This document shows, piece after piece, positions 48,817-60,209 of a stretch of DNA of 64,000 bases (within the stretch, counting starts at the first letter, position 1; the number at the start of each line of letters is the position of its first letter). The notes under the pieces were generated by a model. That model worked only from the letters and a program-made list of their open reading frames with translations, searched no databases and had not been told where the DNA came from. Source of the stretch: Alphaproteobacteria bacterium (GTDB lineage Bacteria; Pseudomonadota; Alphaproteobacteria; UBA828); assembly GCA_963422645.2 (NCBI GenBank), contig CAXXVO010000004.1, positions 96,001 through 160,000 on the forward strand, written 5' to 3'. The position numbers and the translations under genes are program-made.

Positions 48817-51531
48817 TCACCGCGGCGTCAAAACCAGCGTCCCCAGCGCGTCCTCCTCCACACGCGTGCGCTCGGTGAGCATGGGGACGTAGCGGCCGTC
48901 GGCCCAGGCCTCGGCGTAGTCCTCGTAGTTGGAGGAGAGCGGATTGCCGGATTGGCCCGTGCTCTGGATGAAGACCGAGCGCTCGGGCGCGCCGAGGTCG
49001 TAGACCGCGCGGTAGCCCGCGCCGTGGTTCTGGGCGAAGGGGCGCTCCGGGTCGGCCACGTCGAAGCCGCCTGCCTTGATTGTCTCCTTCTCGCCCCCGG
49101 TCGGCATGTTCACCTCGAACCAGGAGCCGATGGCCGGGACCTCGCCCAGGATGCGGCTCTTCATGCGGACCGCGTGGGCCGCGCCCCAGCGCCAGTCCGC
49201 CATGTCGTGGCCGTAGGTGAGGGCGAGGTATTCGAGCGAGACCTTGAGCGCCCGGCTCACGGCCTCGGCGCAGGTCTCCTCCGCGCCCTGGGTGGCCACG
49301 TCGTCGCACCAGCCCGTGCGCTCGCCGAGCGCGCGGTGGATCACCTCGGTGCGGATCTTCCAGTAGTCCTCGAACACGTCGCCCAGCTCGTCGGCGAAGA
49401 GCACGTACATCATCTCCCTCAGCCACGCCATGTAGATGAGCGGCTCGGCGCGCTCGGGCCGCATGCCGTGGTCCCACTTGGCCAGCATGGCGAGCGCGGT
49501 GCGCATGGTGTCGTTCGAGGGCTCGGCGAGGGCGAGCAGCACCGGCGTGAGCCGCGCCGCAGCATACGAGACCAGGTCCTGCTGGATTGCGGCAAAGCTC
49601 GCCACGTCGTGCTTGGGCCGGGCGTCGAGCAGCGCCTCGATCCGCTTTGCCCGGTAGGGCGCGGTCCAGTCGTCGGTGAGGTAGTGGGGATAGTCGTGGG
49701 CGACCATCCGGTTGTTGGCGGTGACGATGCGGCCCGAGGGCGGGTTGTTGTCCCCCGGCAGCGCCTCGAAGGGCACGTGGTCCACCCAGTCGTACGCACC
49801 GGTCCAGCCCGGCACCGGCATGTGGCCCTGGCCCGAAGCGCGGATCGGCACCCGCCCCGGCGCCACGTAGCCGATGTTGCCCTCTGCATCGGCGAAGACG
49901 ATGGTCTGCTGCGGCACGGCGAGTTCGCGCAGCGCCTCGACGAAGCTCTCCCAGTCCTCCGCCCTGGTGGCGCGCACCAGCGCCTGGGCGCTCTTGTCGT
50001 CGTCGGCCAGCGCGGTCCACGAAAACGCGAGCACGTGGCCGGTCTCCAGGTACGCCTCGGTATCCTCCAGCACGTCGGAGATCACCGGCCCGTGGCGCGT
50101 CTCGCGCACCGTGAGCTCGATCGCCTCGCCCCCGCTCACCTCGATGGTCTCGGTGCGGACGTCGAAGGGCAGGCTCCCCTCCGGCGCGAGGTAGCGCCCG
50201 GGATCGTCGGGGTCGATCCGCTCGATGAAGAGGTCCTGGACGTCAGGCCCGGTGTTGGTGAAGCCCCAGGCCAGCGTCCGGGAGCGGCCCAGCAGCGGGA
50301 AGGGCAGCCCCGGCAGCGTCGCGCCCACGACCTCGAACTCCGGCGTCGAGATGTGGGCGAGGTACCAGACACTCGGGACCTCCAGGCGCAGGTGCGGGTC
50401 GTTCGCCAGCAGCGGCTTGCCGGATTCCGTGTGCTCGCCGCTCACCACCCAAGCGTTGGAGCCGAGCCCGGAGGCACGCAGCGCCGGCACGGCGCCCTTC
50501 ACCGCAGCGTCGAGCGCCGCAAAGTCGATGTCGGCGGGCTCGAACGCCGGCGTCTCACCATGCGGCCCCATGGGCGGGTCGTCCGGATGCTGGGCCCAGA
50601 GGTCCCGCAGCTGCGCCCGGTCGAGCGTGCCGGCGAGGCGTGCGCGCAGCAGCTCGTCGCCAAAATTGTCGCCCAGGTCCCAGGCCATGATCTTGAGCCA
50701 GACCAGGCTGTCGGCGGGCCGCCAGGGCTCGGGCTCGTGGCCGAGCAGGATGAACTCGGGCGGCAGCAGCTCGGAATGGGTCTCCAGATAGGCGTTCACG
50801 CCTGCGGCGTAAGCCTCGTAGATCGCCTGTACCTCGGGCGCGAGCACCTCGAAATTTCGCTCGGCGGCGCGATAGAGCCCCAGCGTGCGCAGGAACCTGT
50901 CGGTCTCGATGCCGGGCTCGCCCACCACGGCCGCGAGCCGCGCCTGGCCGATCCTGCGCTGCAGCTCCAGCTGCCAGAGCCGGTCCTGCGCGTGGACGTA
51001 GCCCATGGCGAAGGCGCCGTCCTTCGGAGATTGGGCGAAGATGTGGGGGATCGCATGGGCGTCGCGGACCACCTCCACCGGCGCATCGAGGCCGGCAACC
51101 TCCTCATCGCCGTCGTAGGAGGGGAGCGCGAACCAGGAGCACGAGCCCGCCGCCAGCAGCACGCCGAGCAGCACCAGCGCGCCGGCCGCCGCGCAGTAAG
51201 GTCGAAGTCGCCTGAGTGTGATGCCCTGCCGCCGACCTGCCCTGTCTAACCCGCATTTCTCACCACGGTCACGGCCTGCGTCGCGTCCAGGCGTTCGATC
51301 CGCACGGAGTGGGCCGAAAAGCGTAGCGGGGACTACGGTTAAGGCCCACGACGCCGCGGGCGGGCGCCTGGGCGCGACCCGAAGGGCGACGCTCTCCAGC
51401 CCACAGCGTGCGTCAAGCCCCTCGCCCGATGCCCCACATCGCGCTTCGCGGCTTTCCTGCTCTGTGGGCTGGAGAGCGTCGCGCAGACCATGACCCTGGT
51501 GAGAATTGCGGGTTGAGGCCGCGGCACGCAT
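48817..51531 (-). CDS. Penicillin acylase (S45 Ntn-hydrolase) with an in-frame 89-codon repeat insertion near the N-terminus
   Basis: GYVHAQDRLWQLE, GSNAWVV, LANDPHL, TRHGPV, TANNR, GQSGNP; ATG overlaps the upstream TGA. Confidence 0.92.
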   Translation of the reverse strand: MRAAASTRNSHQGHGLRDALQPTEQESREARCGASGEGLDARCGLESVALRVAPRRPPAASWALTVVPATLFGPLRADRTPGRDAGRDRGEKCGLDRAGRRQGITLRRLRPYCAAAGALVLLGVLLAAGSCSWFALPSYDGDEEVAGLDAPVEVVRDAHAIPHIFAQSPKDGAFAMGYVHAQDRLWQLELQRRIGQARLAAVVGEPGIETDRFLRTLGLYRAAERNFEVLAPEVQAIYEAYAAGVNAYLETHSELLPPEFILLGHEPEPWRPADSLVWLKIMAWDLGDNFGDELLRARLAGTLDRAQLRDLWAQHPDDPPMGPHGETPAFEPADIDFAALDAAVKGAVPALRASGLGSNAWVVSGEHTESGKPLLANDPHLRLEVPSVWYLAHISTPEFEVVGATLPGLPFPLLGRSRTLAWGFTNTGPDVQDLFIERIDPDDPGRYLAPEGSLPFDVRTETIEVSGGEAIELTVRETRHGPVISDVLEDTEAYLETGHVLAFSWTALADDDKSAQALVRATRAEDWESFVEALRELAVPQQTIVFADAEGNIGYVAPGRVPIRASGQGHMPVPGWTGAYDWVDHVPFEALPGDNNPPSGRIVTANNRMVAHDYPHYLTDDWTAPYRAKRIEALLDARPKHDVASFAAIQQDLVSYAAARLTPVLLALAEPSNDTMRTALAMLAKWDHGMRPERAEPLIYMAWLREMMYVLFADELGDVFEDYWKIRTEVIHRALGERTGWCDDVATQGAEETCAEAVSRALKVSLEYLALTYGHDMADWRWGAAHAVRMKSRILGEVPAIGSWFEVNMPTGGEKETIKAGGFDVADPERPFAQNHGAGYRAVYDLGAPERSVFIQSTGQSGNPLSSNYEDYAEAWADGRYVPMLTERTRVEEDALGTLVLTPR
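51248..51514 (+). repeat. Structured MITE-like repeat, copy 2 (complete, 267 bp)
   Basis: ~27-bp imperfect TIR AACCCGCATTTCTCACCACGGTCACGG / CCATGACCCTGGTGAGAATTGCGGGTT; two long internal stems. Confidence 0.9.
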
Positions 51532-52679
51532 CACGAGTCTCCGTCGGCGATCACCGGCCCATGCTCGTCGAGCTCGGGCGCGGGCGGCCGCTCGCTGGGG
51601 TCGGGGTACGCGGACATCTTGATCGGGTTGCCTGCCATCTTCACCTCCCCTGCGACCGGGTCGTGAGCCCGGACCACCATGTTGCGTGCCGCCACTTGCG
51701 GGTCGGCGAGCACGTCATCCACCCGGTTGATCGGCGAGCAGGGCACGCCCGCCTCCTCCAGCACCTTGAGCCAATGCGCGGTCGGGTGCGCCCGCAGAAT
51801 GGCCTCGAACTCCTGCTCCAGCACGTCGGTGTTGGCGTTGCGCGCGGGGTTGTCGACGAAGCGCGCGTCCTCGGCGAAGTCCGGCCGGCCCAACGCGTTG
51901 CAGAGCGTCGCGAAGAGCGCGTTGTTGCCGGCGGAAATCACCACATGGCCGTCGGCGGTCGCGTAGGCCTGGAAGGGCGTGATCGAGGGGTGGCGCGTGC
52001 CCAGCGGCCCCGGCACCTCGCCGGAGGCGAAGTAGCGCGCGAGCGCGTTCTCCAGGATCGCCACCTGGCAATCGAGCATGGAGACGTCGAGCTTCACGCC
52101 CTCGCCCGTCATAGTGCGGCGGTAGAGCGCGCCGTTGACCCCGATCGCCGTGAAGAGCCCGGCCACGATATCGCCGACCGAGCTTCCCACCCGCGCCGGC
52201 GGCCCGCCGGGCTGCCCGGTGAGGCTCATGATGCCGCCCATGGCCTGCACCACCACGTCGTAGGCCGGCCGGCCCGCGTAGGGCCCGGTGTGGCCGAAGC
52301 CCGAGCAGGCGGCGTAGATCAGGCGCGGGAAGCGCTCGTGCAGCGCCTCCCAGCCGTACCCCAGGCGCTCCATGGTGCCGGCGCGGAAGTTCTCGACCAC
52401 CACGTCCGCGCTCGCCAGCAGGTCCTCGAAGACCGCGCGGTCGCCCTCATCCTTGAGGTCGAGGACGATGCTCTCCTTGCCGCGGTTGATCGACATGAAG
52501 TAGGCCGACTTCCCTTCGAGAAAAGGGCCGAAGGCGCGGGAGTCGTCGCCGCCGCCCGGCGTCTCCACCTTGATCACGCGGGCGCCGAGATCGGCCAGCA
52601 CCATGGTGCAATAGGGCCCGGCGAGCACGCGCGTCAGGTCGATCACGGTGACGCCGGCGAGCGGTCCATCCACGGTCAT
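51531..52679 (-). CDS. CaiB/BaiF class III CoA-transferase
   Basis: DLTRVLAGPY, INRGKES, VENFRAG, AYDVVVQAMGG. Confidence 0.93.
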   Translation of the reverse strand: MTVDGPLAGVTVIDLTRVLAGPYCTMVLADLGARVIKVETPGGGDDSRAFGPFLEGKSAYFMSINRGKESIVLDLKDEGDRAVFEDLLASADVVVENFRAGTMERLGYGWEALHERFPRLIYAACSGFGHTGPYAGRPAYDVVVQAMGGIMSLTGQPGGPPARVGSSVGDIVAGLFTAIGVNGALYRRTMTGEGVKLDVSMLDCQVAILENALARYFASGEVPGPLGTRHPSITPFQAYATADGHVVISAGNNALFATLCNALGRPDFAEDARFVDNPARNANTDVLEQEFEAILRAHPTAHWLKVLEEAGVPCSPINRVDDVLADPQVAARNMVVRAHDPVAGEVKMAGNPIKMSAYPDPSERPPAPELDEHGPVIADGDS

Positions 52680-52753
52680 CGCGATGGGTCTCCCTGTCCT
52701 GGAAATCGATTATACACGCCGCGGCCGCGCGGGGCCCGGCAACCGAACGAAGT

Positions 52754-53914
<1,161 letters not shown>

Positions 53915-53970
53915 CTAGGGTCATGCGGCCAGCGGGTCAACCGCTCAGATTGCGCGAGGAAGAAAGAGGC

Positions 53971-56355
53971 ATGGCGGCTGAGAAGACCATCGAGCGTATT
54001 CCCGGGTATTGCGCGCTCTGCACCTCCGTCTGCGGCTGCATCTCGGTGGTGGAAGACGGCCGCCTGGTGGCGGTCGAGCCCGACCCCTCGCACCCCACCG
54101 GCAAGGCGCTCTGCGGCAAGGGCCGGGCAGCGCCGGAGCTGGTCTATCACGAAGACCGCGTGCTGCACCCCTTGCGCCGCGTGTCGCCGAAGGATGCACC
54201 GGGCGAGTGGGAGCGCATCGGCTGGGACGAGGCGCTCGATGAGACCGCACGGCAGCTCAAGCGGCTCGCCGCCGAGAGCGGGCCGGAGAGCGTTGCCTTC
54301 GGCATCACGACGCCGTCCGGCACCGGCATTCAGGACGCCTATCCCTGGATCGAGCGCCTGCGCCACGCCTTCGGCAGCCCCAACGCGCCCTACGGGACGG
54401 AGATCTGCAACTTTCACCGGGACGACATCAACCAGCTGACCTTCGGCGTGGACACGCCGATGCCGGATTTCCAGAACACCGACTGCATCATGCTCTGGGG
54501 GCACAACCCGAGCACCACCTGGCTCGCCTACGCCAGCCGTGTCGCGGAGGCGAAGGCGCGCGGCGCCAAGCTCATCGTCGTCGACCCGCGCCGCGCCGGC
54601 CTCGCGGTCAAGGCGGACGCCTGGTTGCGCGTCAGGCCCGGTAGCGACGGCGCGCTCGCGCTGGGCCTCGCTCACCTGCTCATGGAGGCGGGCGACTACG
54701 ACGCGGCCTTCATGCGGGACTGGACCAACGGACCGCTTCTGGTGCGGGACGACGACGGCACCCCGCTCCCTGCCGACCACGTGAGCCACGGCGCGGATCC
54801 CGCACTCAGGGTCGCGTGGGATGCGGCTGCCGGCGCACCGATGCTCTACGATTCGTCACAAGCCCGCTACGACGGCGGCACACCGGCGCTCGACGGACGC
54901 TACGAGATCGCGGGCGCAGACGGTGCGCCGATCCCCTGCCGCACCGCGTTCGAGCTCTATCGGGAACGCTGCCGTGCATATACGCCGGAGCGGGTCGAGG
55001 AGATCACCTGGGTGCCGGCCGGGCAGCTTCGCGCAGCCGCGCGTCTGATCGCAGAGGCGGGCGCGGTCTCCTGCTACAGCTGGTCCGGCGTTGGCCAGCA
55101 CACCAATGCGAGCCAGACCTCGCGCGCTATCGCGCTCCTCTACGCGCTGACCGGCAGCTTCGATGCACCGGGCGGGAACGTGCTCTTCGACACCATCCCG
55201 GTCAACGACATCCGGGGCCGCGAGATGCTCCCGCCAGCGCAGCTCGCAAGGGCGGTAGGCGGTGCCGGCCGGCCGCTGGGGCCCGAGCAGCAGGGCTGGA
55301 TCACCAGCGACGACCTCTACCGCGCGATCCTCGAGCGCCGGCCTTATCCCATCAGAGGCATGGTGAGCTTCGGCACCAACATCCTGGTGAGCCACGCCGA
55401 CTCAGGCCGCGGCGAGGCGGCGCTGAAGGCGCTCGACTTCGCGGTGCACGTGGACATGTTCATGACTCCCTCGGCCTCTCTTGCCGACATCGTGCTGCCG
55501 GTCAACACGCCCTTCGAGCGCGAGGGGCTGTGCACGGACTTCAAGGTCGGCGCCGACGCGACAGCCTTCGCCCAGCTCCGGCCGCCGGCGGTCGAAGCGC
55601 GGGGCGAGTCGAAGAGCGATGTCTGGATCGCCTTCGAGTTGGCCAAGCGCCTCGGCTTCGCCAATCGGTTCTGGGGCGGCGACATCGACGCCTCCTACCG
55701 GGAGATGCTGGCACCTTCGGGCCTGGAGCTGGAAGATCTGCGACAGTCACCTTCCGGCGTGCGCGTGGACCGCGAGACCCGCTACCGCAAGTACGCCGGC
55801 GGCAAGGGCGGTGAGCCGGGCTTCGCGACGCCCTCGCGCAAGGTGGAGGTCTTCTCGGAGCGGCTCCTCGCCGCCGGCCAGGCGCCGCTGCCGGATCACG
55901 TGGAGCCTGCCATGGGGCCGCTGAGCCGGGCGGACCTTGCCGCGCGCTTCCCCCTGGTGCTGACGTCAGCCAAGTCGGTCCACTACTGCCACAGTCAGCA
56001 CCGGGGCATGCCGTCGCTGCGCCGGCGCGAGCCCGACCCCACGGTCGAGATGCACCCCGAGGCCGCAGCCGCACGCCGCATCGAGAACGGCGACTGGGTG
56101 CGCATCGCGACGCCGCACGGGGCCGCCCGCGCCCGCGCCGCCTTCAAGCCGAGCCTGGACCCCCGCGTGGTCAGCGCGACCCACGGCTGGTGGCAGGCCT
56201 GCGGCGCGCTCGACCTGCCAGGCTACGACGCAACCGGTCCGGAGGGAGCGAACGTCAACGCGGTCATCGGCAACGAGGGGACCGACCCCATCTCCGGCTC
56301 GGTGCCGCACCGCTCCTACCTCTGCGAGATCACGCGCATCGCCGAAGCGGGGTAA
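53971..56355 (+). CDS. Molybdopterin-dependent oxidoreductase (DMSO reductase superfamily)
   Basis: CALCTSVCG...LCGKG Fe-S motif, WGHNP, ADIVLP, HSQHR, VEMHP. Confidence 0.9.
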   Translation: MAAEKTIERIPGYCALCTSVCGCISVVEDGRLVAVEPDPSHPTGKALCGKGRAAPELVYHEDRVLHPLRRVSPKDAPGEWERIGWDEALDETARQLKRLAAESGPESVAFGITTPSGTGIQDAYPWIERLRHAFGSPNAPYGTEICNFHRDDINQLTFGVDTPMPDFQNTDCIMLWGHNPSTTWLAYASRVAEAKARGAKLIVVDPRRAGLAVKADAWLRVRPGSDGALALGLAHLLMEAGDYDAAFMRDWTNGPLLVRDDDGTPLPADHVSHGADPALRVAWDAAAGAPMLYDSSQARYDGGTPALDGRYEIAGADGAPIPCRTAFELYRERCRAYTPERVEEITWVPAGQLRAAARLIAEAGAVSCYSWSGVGQHTNASQTSRAIALLYALTGSFDAPGGNVLFDTIPVNDIRGREMLPPAQLARAVGGAGRPLGPEQQGWITSDDLYRAILERRPYPIRGMVSFGTNILVSHADSGRGEAALKALDFAVHVDMFMTPSASLADIVLPVNTPFEREGLCTDFKVGADATAFAQLRPPAVEARGESKSDVWIAFELAKRLGFANRFWGGDIDASYREMLAPSGLELEDLRQSPSGVRVDRETRYRKYAGGKGGEPGFATPSRKVEVFSERLLAAGQAPLPDHVEPAMGPLSRADLAARFPLVLTSAKSVHYCHSQHRGMPSLRRREPDPTVEMHPEAAAARRIENGDWVRIATPHGAARARAAFKPSLDPRVVSATHGWWQACGALDLPGYDATGPEGANVNAVIGNEGTDPISGSVPHRSYLCEITRIAEAG

Positions 56356-56477
56356 CCCGGCGCGGCCGGCGTAACCGCCAAATGCGCGCCCAGCACGGCG
56401 CTTCCTTGCCGGCCGGCGGCGGGCGCGTATAGTCTGGCTCGGGTCGGAAGAGGGCGCACGAGCACGGAGAGCGCGGC

Positions 56478-57893
56478 TTGCGCTACATCAGCACGCGGCA
56501 GACCGGAGGGCGGACGGTCTCGTTCGAACACGCCCTGCTCCAGGGTCTTGCGCGCGACGGCGGCCTCTACCTCCCCGAGCGCTGGCCGGCCCTCGACAAC
56601 GATGCGCTCGCGGCACTCGGCGGCCGCGCCTATGCCGAGGTCGCCGCCGCCGTCATGGCGGCGTTCACCGGGCGCGCCTTCTCGCGCACGCAACTGGCGG
56701 CGATCGCGGCCGAGAGTTACGCCGATTTCGACCACCCCGCGACGGCGCCGCTGGTGCAGCTCGGCCCCGATCAGTGGCTGCTGGAGCTCTTCCACGGGCC
56801 GACGCTGGCGTTCAAGGACTTTGCGCTCCAGATGGTGGCGCGCCTGCTGGACGCGGTGCTGGCGAAGCGCAGGCGCAGGGCGACGATCCTCGTCGCCACA
56901 TCGGGCGACACCGGGGCTGCGGCGATCGAGGCCTTCCGCGGCCGTGAGGCGCTCTCCGTGGTCGTGCTCCACCCGACGGGCCGGGTCTCCGAGATGCAGC
57001 GCCGCCAGATGACCACGGCGGCCGAGCCCAACGTCCACAACGTCGCCATCTCCGGCACCTTCGACGACTGCCAGGCCCTGGTGAAGGCGCTCTTCGCCGA
57101 CCTCGCACTTCGCGACGAGATCGGGCTCGCTGCGGTCAACTCGATCAACTGGGCGCGCGTCGCGGCGCAGAGCGCCTACTACGTCTACGCGGCGCTGGCC
57201 CTCGGTGCGCCGGGGCGGGCGGTCTCGTTCACCGTGCCCACGGGCAATTTCGGCAACGTCTACGCCGGCTACGCGGCGCGGCAGATGGGCGTGCCCATCG
57301 ACAGCCTCGTGGTGGCGACGAACCGGAACGACATCCTCGCCCGCTTCTTCGAGACCGGCCTCTACCGCAAGGGGACGGTGCACAGGACATTGAGCCCCAG
57401 TATGGACATACAGGTAGCGAGCAACTTCGAGCGTCTGCTGGCCGACCTCTCCGGCCGTGATGGCGATGCCGTGCGCGCGCTGATGGCCGAGCTTGCCGAG
57501 CATGGCGAATTCACCCTGCGCGGGGCCCGGCTCGCGCAGGCCAAGGCCGCTTTCGCAGCCGCGCGCGCCGACGACGATGCCTGCCTCGCGACCATCGCGG
57601 AGGTGTGGCGCGCTTGCGGGCGCATGATCGACCCGCACAGCGCCGCCGGCGTCCACGCCGCCCGCCGCCACGGCGCCGGCGCGGGGCCGATGGTGAGCCT
57701 CGCGACCGCCCATGCCGCCAAGTTCCCCGACGCCATCGAGCGCGCCATCGGCGTGTCCCCGGCACTCCCGCCGAGGCTCGCGGCGCTCGCGGCGAAGCCT
57801 GAACGGGTGACGGAGCTGCCCGTGGATGCGGCCCTGCTCACGCGCTTCATCCGCGACCGGGTCCACGCGCCGCAGCGGGAGCGTGTGGCGTGA
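56478..57893 (+). CDS. thrC: Threonine synthase
   Basis: YISTR, ELFHGPTLAFKD, ATSGDTG, VNSINWAR, VPTGNFGN. Confidence 0.97.
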   Translation: MRYISTRQTGGRTVSFEHALLQGLARDGGLYLPERWPALDNDALAALGGRAYAEVAAAVMAAFTGRAFSRTQLAAIAAESYADFDHPATAPLVQLGPDQWLLELFHGPTLAFKDFALQMVARLLDAVLAKRRRRATILVATSGDTGAAAIEAFRGREALSVVVLHPTGRVSEMQRRQMTTAAEPNVHNVAISGTFDDCQALVKALFADLALRDEIGLAAVNSINWARVAAQSAYYVYAALALGAPGRAVSFTVPTGNFGNVYAGYAARQMGVPIDSLVVATNRNDILARFFETGLYRKGTVHRTLSPSMDIQVASNFERLLADLSGRDGDAVRALMAELAEHGEFTLRGARLAQAKAAFAAARADDDACLATIAEVWRACGRMIDPHSAAGVHAARRHGAGAGPMVSLATAHAAKFPDAIERAIGVSPALPPRLAALAAKPERVTELPVDAALLTRFIRDRVHAPQRERVA

Positions 57894-59149
57894 GCGACCA
57901 GACGACGCGCCTCGCCAACGGGCTCAGGGTGGTCAGCGATCCCGTGGACCATGTGGAGACGGCCTCGATCGGTCTCTGGGTCGATGTCGGCGCGCGCTGC
58001 GAGACCGAGGAGACCAACGGGCTCTCCCACTTGCTGGAGCACATGGCCTTCAAGGGCACCGAGCGGCGCAGCGCCCGCGACATCGCCGAGGAGATCGAGG
58101 CGGTGGGCGGCCATCTCAACGCCTACACGTCCAGGGAGACCACGGCCTACTACGCCAAGGTGATGAAGGAGGACGTGCCGCTCGCGCTCGACCTGCTGGC
58201 CGACATCCTCCAGCACTCGACCTTCGATGCCGAAGAGCTGGAGCGCGAGCGCGCGGTGGTGATCCAGGAAATCGCGCAGGTCAACGACACACCGGACGAC
58301 CTCGTGTTCGACCGCTTCCAGGAGACCGCCTATCCGGACCAGCCCATCGGCCGCACGATCCTCGGCCCGCCCGAGCGCGTGGGCTCCTATTCGCGCGAGG
58401 CGCTCGCGGCCTATATGGGTGCGCATTACCGGGCGGCGCGCATGGTGCTGGTGGGCTCGGGCCGGGTCGATCACGACGCCCTCGTCGCGGCGGCGGAGGC
58501 AGCCTTCACCGCGCTGCCGAAAGGCCCGGTGCCGGCGCCTGCGGCTGCGGTCTATGGCGGCGGCGATTGCCGCGTCGTGCGCGATCTGGAGCAGGCGCAC
58601 CTGATCGTGGGCTTCGACGGTCTCGCCTATGACGACGACGATTTCTACGCGCTCCAGGTGATGTCGACCCTGCTCGGCGGCGGCATGTCGTCGCGGCTCT
58701 TCCAGGAAGTCCGGGAGCGCCGCGGCCTCGCCTATTCTGTCTTCACCTTCGCCTCGAGCTACGCCGACGGCGGCATCTTCGGCGTCTATGCCGGCGCCGG
58801 CGAGGACGAGCTTGCGGAGCTGATCCCGGTGATGGCGGACGAGCTGGTCAACGCGTGCGCCACGGTGGACGACGCGGAGGTCGCCCGCGCCCGTGCCCAG
58901 CTCAAGGCCGGGCTGCTGATGTCCCTCGAAAGCACCCAGGCGCGGGCGGAACGGCTCGGCCGCCACATCCTTCTCTTCGGCCGGCCGCTCACGGTCGCGG
59001 AGCTGATCGAGCGCGTCGATGCGGTCGATCGCGAGGCGGTGCAGCGCACCGCATGCCGCATCCTGCAGGGCGGCCGGCCCACGGTCTCCGCGCTCGGCCC
59101 CATCGCGAGGCTCGAAAGTCATGACTCGATCGCCGCCCGCTTCGCCTGA
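57890..59149 (+). CDS. M16-family (pitrilysin-like) zinc peptidase
   Basis: HLLEH (HxxEH), LNAYTS, GGGMSSRLFQEVRE. Confidence 0.94.
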   Translation: MSDQTTRLANGLRVVSDPVDHVETASIGLWVDVGARCETEETNGLSHLLEHMAFKGTERRSARDIAEEIEAVGGHLNAYTSRETTAYYAKVMKEDVPLALDLLADILQHSTFDAEELERERAVVIQEIAQVNDTPDDLVFDRFQETAYPDQPIGRTILGPPERVGSYSREALAAYMGAHYRAARMVLVGSGRVDHDALVAAAEAAFTALPKGPVPAPAAAVYGGGDCRVVRDLEQAHLIVGFDGLAYDDDDFYALQVMSTLLGGGMSSRLFQEVRERRGLAYSVFTFASSYADGGIFGVYAGAGEDELAELIPVMADELVNACATVDDAEVARARAQLKAGLLMSLESTQARAERLGRHILLFGRPLTVAELIERVDAVDREAVQRTACRILQGGRPTVSALGPIARLESHDSIAARFA

Positions 59150-59420
59150 GCCGATCGAGCGGCCGCCGAATGCCTCGCCCGATGTTCAGCCGGACGCGGA
59201 CGAGACCCTGGACGTGCGCGGCTTGATGTGCCCGCTCCCGGTGCTCAAGGCGCGCAAGGCGCTCAAGCGCCTCGACCCCGGCGGGACGCTCGAGGTGCTC
59301 GCGACCGACCCGGCTGCGGTGATCGACTTCAAGCATTTCTGCGAGACCACGCCCTTCGAGCTGCTGGGCTGGCATGAGGACGCCGGCGTCTACGCGTTCA
59401 GGATCAGGGTACCCGGCTGA
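59121..59420 (+). CDS. tusA: TusA-family sulfur carrier (start uncertain)
   Basis: LDVRGLMCPLPVLK...ATDP...DF..FC. Confidence 0.85.
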   Translation: MTRSPPASPEPIERPPNASPDVQPDADETLDVRGLMCPLPVLKARKALKRLDPGGTLEVLATDPAAVIDFKHFCETTPFELLGWHEDAGVYAFRIRVPG

Positions 59421-60004
59421 TGGCGTTCCTCCGCCCTGCCAGCGATTCGTCGCGCGAGGCGACGGTGGAGACGCGCTCGCTCTACCTCCGGCCGCCGCAG
59501 CTGCGCGATTGGCGGGCCTGGGCCGAGCTCCGTGCGCTCTCGCGCGAGTTCCTCAGCCCCTGGGAGCCGACCTGGTCGAGCGACGCGTTGACCCGCAGCG
59601 CCTTCCGCCGGCGCATCCGCCGCCAGCTGCGCGACGGCCAGGACGATCTGGGCTACGCCTTCCTCCTGTTCCGCCGGCAGGACGACGCGCTGCTCGGCGG
59701 GATGACGCTGAGCAACGTGCAGCGCGGCGCAGCGCAGTCCTGCAGCGTCGGCTACTGGATCGGCCGGCTCCATGCGCGCCAGGGCCACATGGGCGAGGCG
59801 CTCACCGGCCTGCTCGGCCCTTGCTTCGGGCCCCTCGGCCTGCACCGGGTCGAGGCCGCGTGCATGCCCAACAACACCGCGAGCCGGAAGCTGCTTGAGA
59901 AGGCCGGGTTCCGCTGCGAGGGGTACGCGCGCGCCTACCTCAAGATCACCGGCGAGTGGCAGGACCACCTGCTCTACGCGACGATCGCGCCGCGCAGGCC
60001 GTGA
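59420..60004 (+). CDS. rimJ: RimJ-like GNAT N-acetyltransferase
   Basis: FLSPWEP, GYWIG, LHRVEAAC...N.AS, YLKI.GEWQDH. Confidence 0.85.
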   Translation: MAFLRPASDSSREATVETRSLYLRPPQLRDWRAWAELRALSREFLSPWEPTWSSDALTRSAFRRRIRRQLRDGQDDLGYAFLLFRRQDDALLGGMTLSNVQRGAAQSCSVGYWIGRLHARQGHMGEALTGLLGPCFGPLGLHRVEAACMPNNTASRKLLEKAGFRCEGYARAYLKITGEWQDHLLYATIAPRRP

Positions 60005-60072
60005 GCGCGGCGAGATACTTGGGCCGGTAACCGGTTGCCGAAGTTCCTGTCCGATCCCGCACCACACCCTCA

Positions 60073-60167
60073 CGTCATGGCCGGGCTCGTCCCGGCCATC
60101 CACGCACTTGCCCAGCGTCCGCTGGGTCTTGCTCAGAGAGATGCCCGGAACGAGTCCGGGCATGACG
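60073..60167. repeat. Inverted pair of CGTC-type REP-like palindromes between convergent genes
   Basis: CGTCATGGCCGGGCTCGTCCCGGCCATC ... GATGCCCGGAACGAGTCCGGGCATGACG. Confidence 0.8.
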
Positions 60168-60209
60168 GGAGAGGTGGCCTGTCGCACGTCCGTCAAAGAC
60201 GGACCCGGG

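Noticed and set aside
48775-51249. Long antisense ORFs (also 4439-6271, 11406-13586, 23200-24873, 57362-59122)
   Set aside because: Shadow frames opposite well-supported genes in high-GC DNA, with no recognisable motifs
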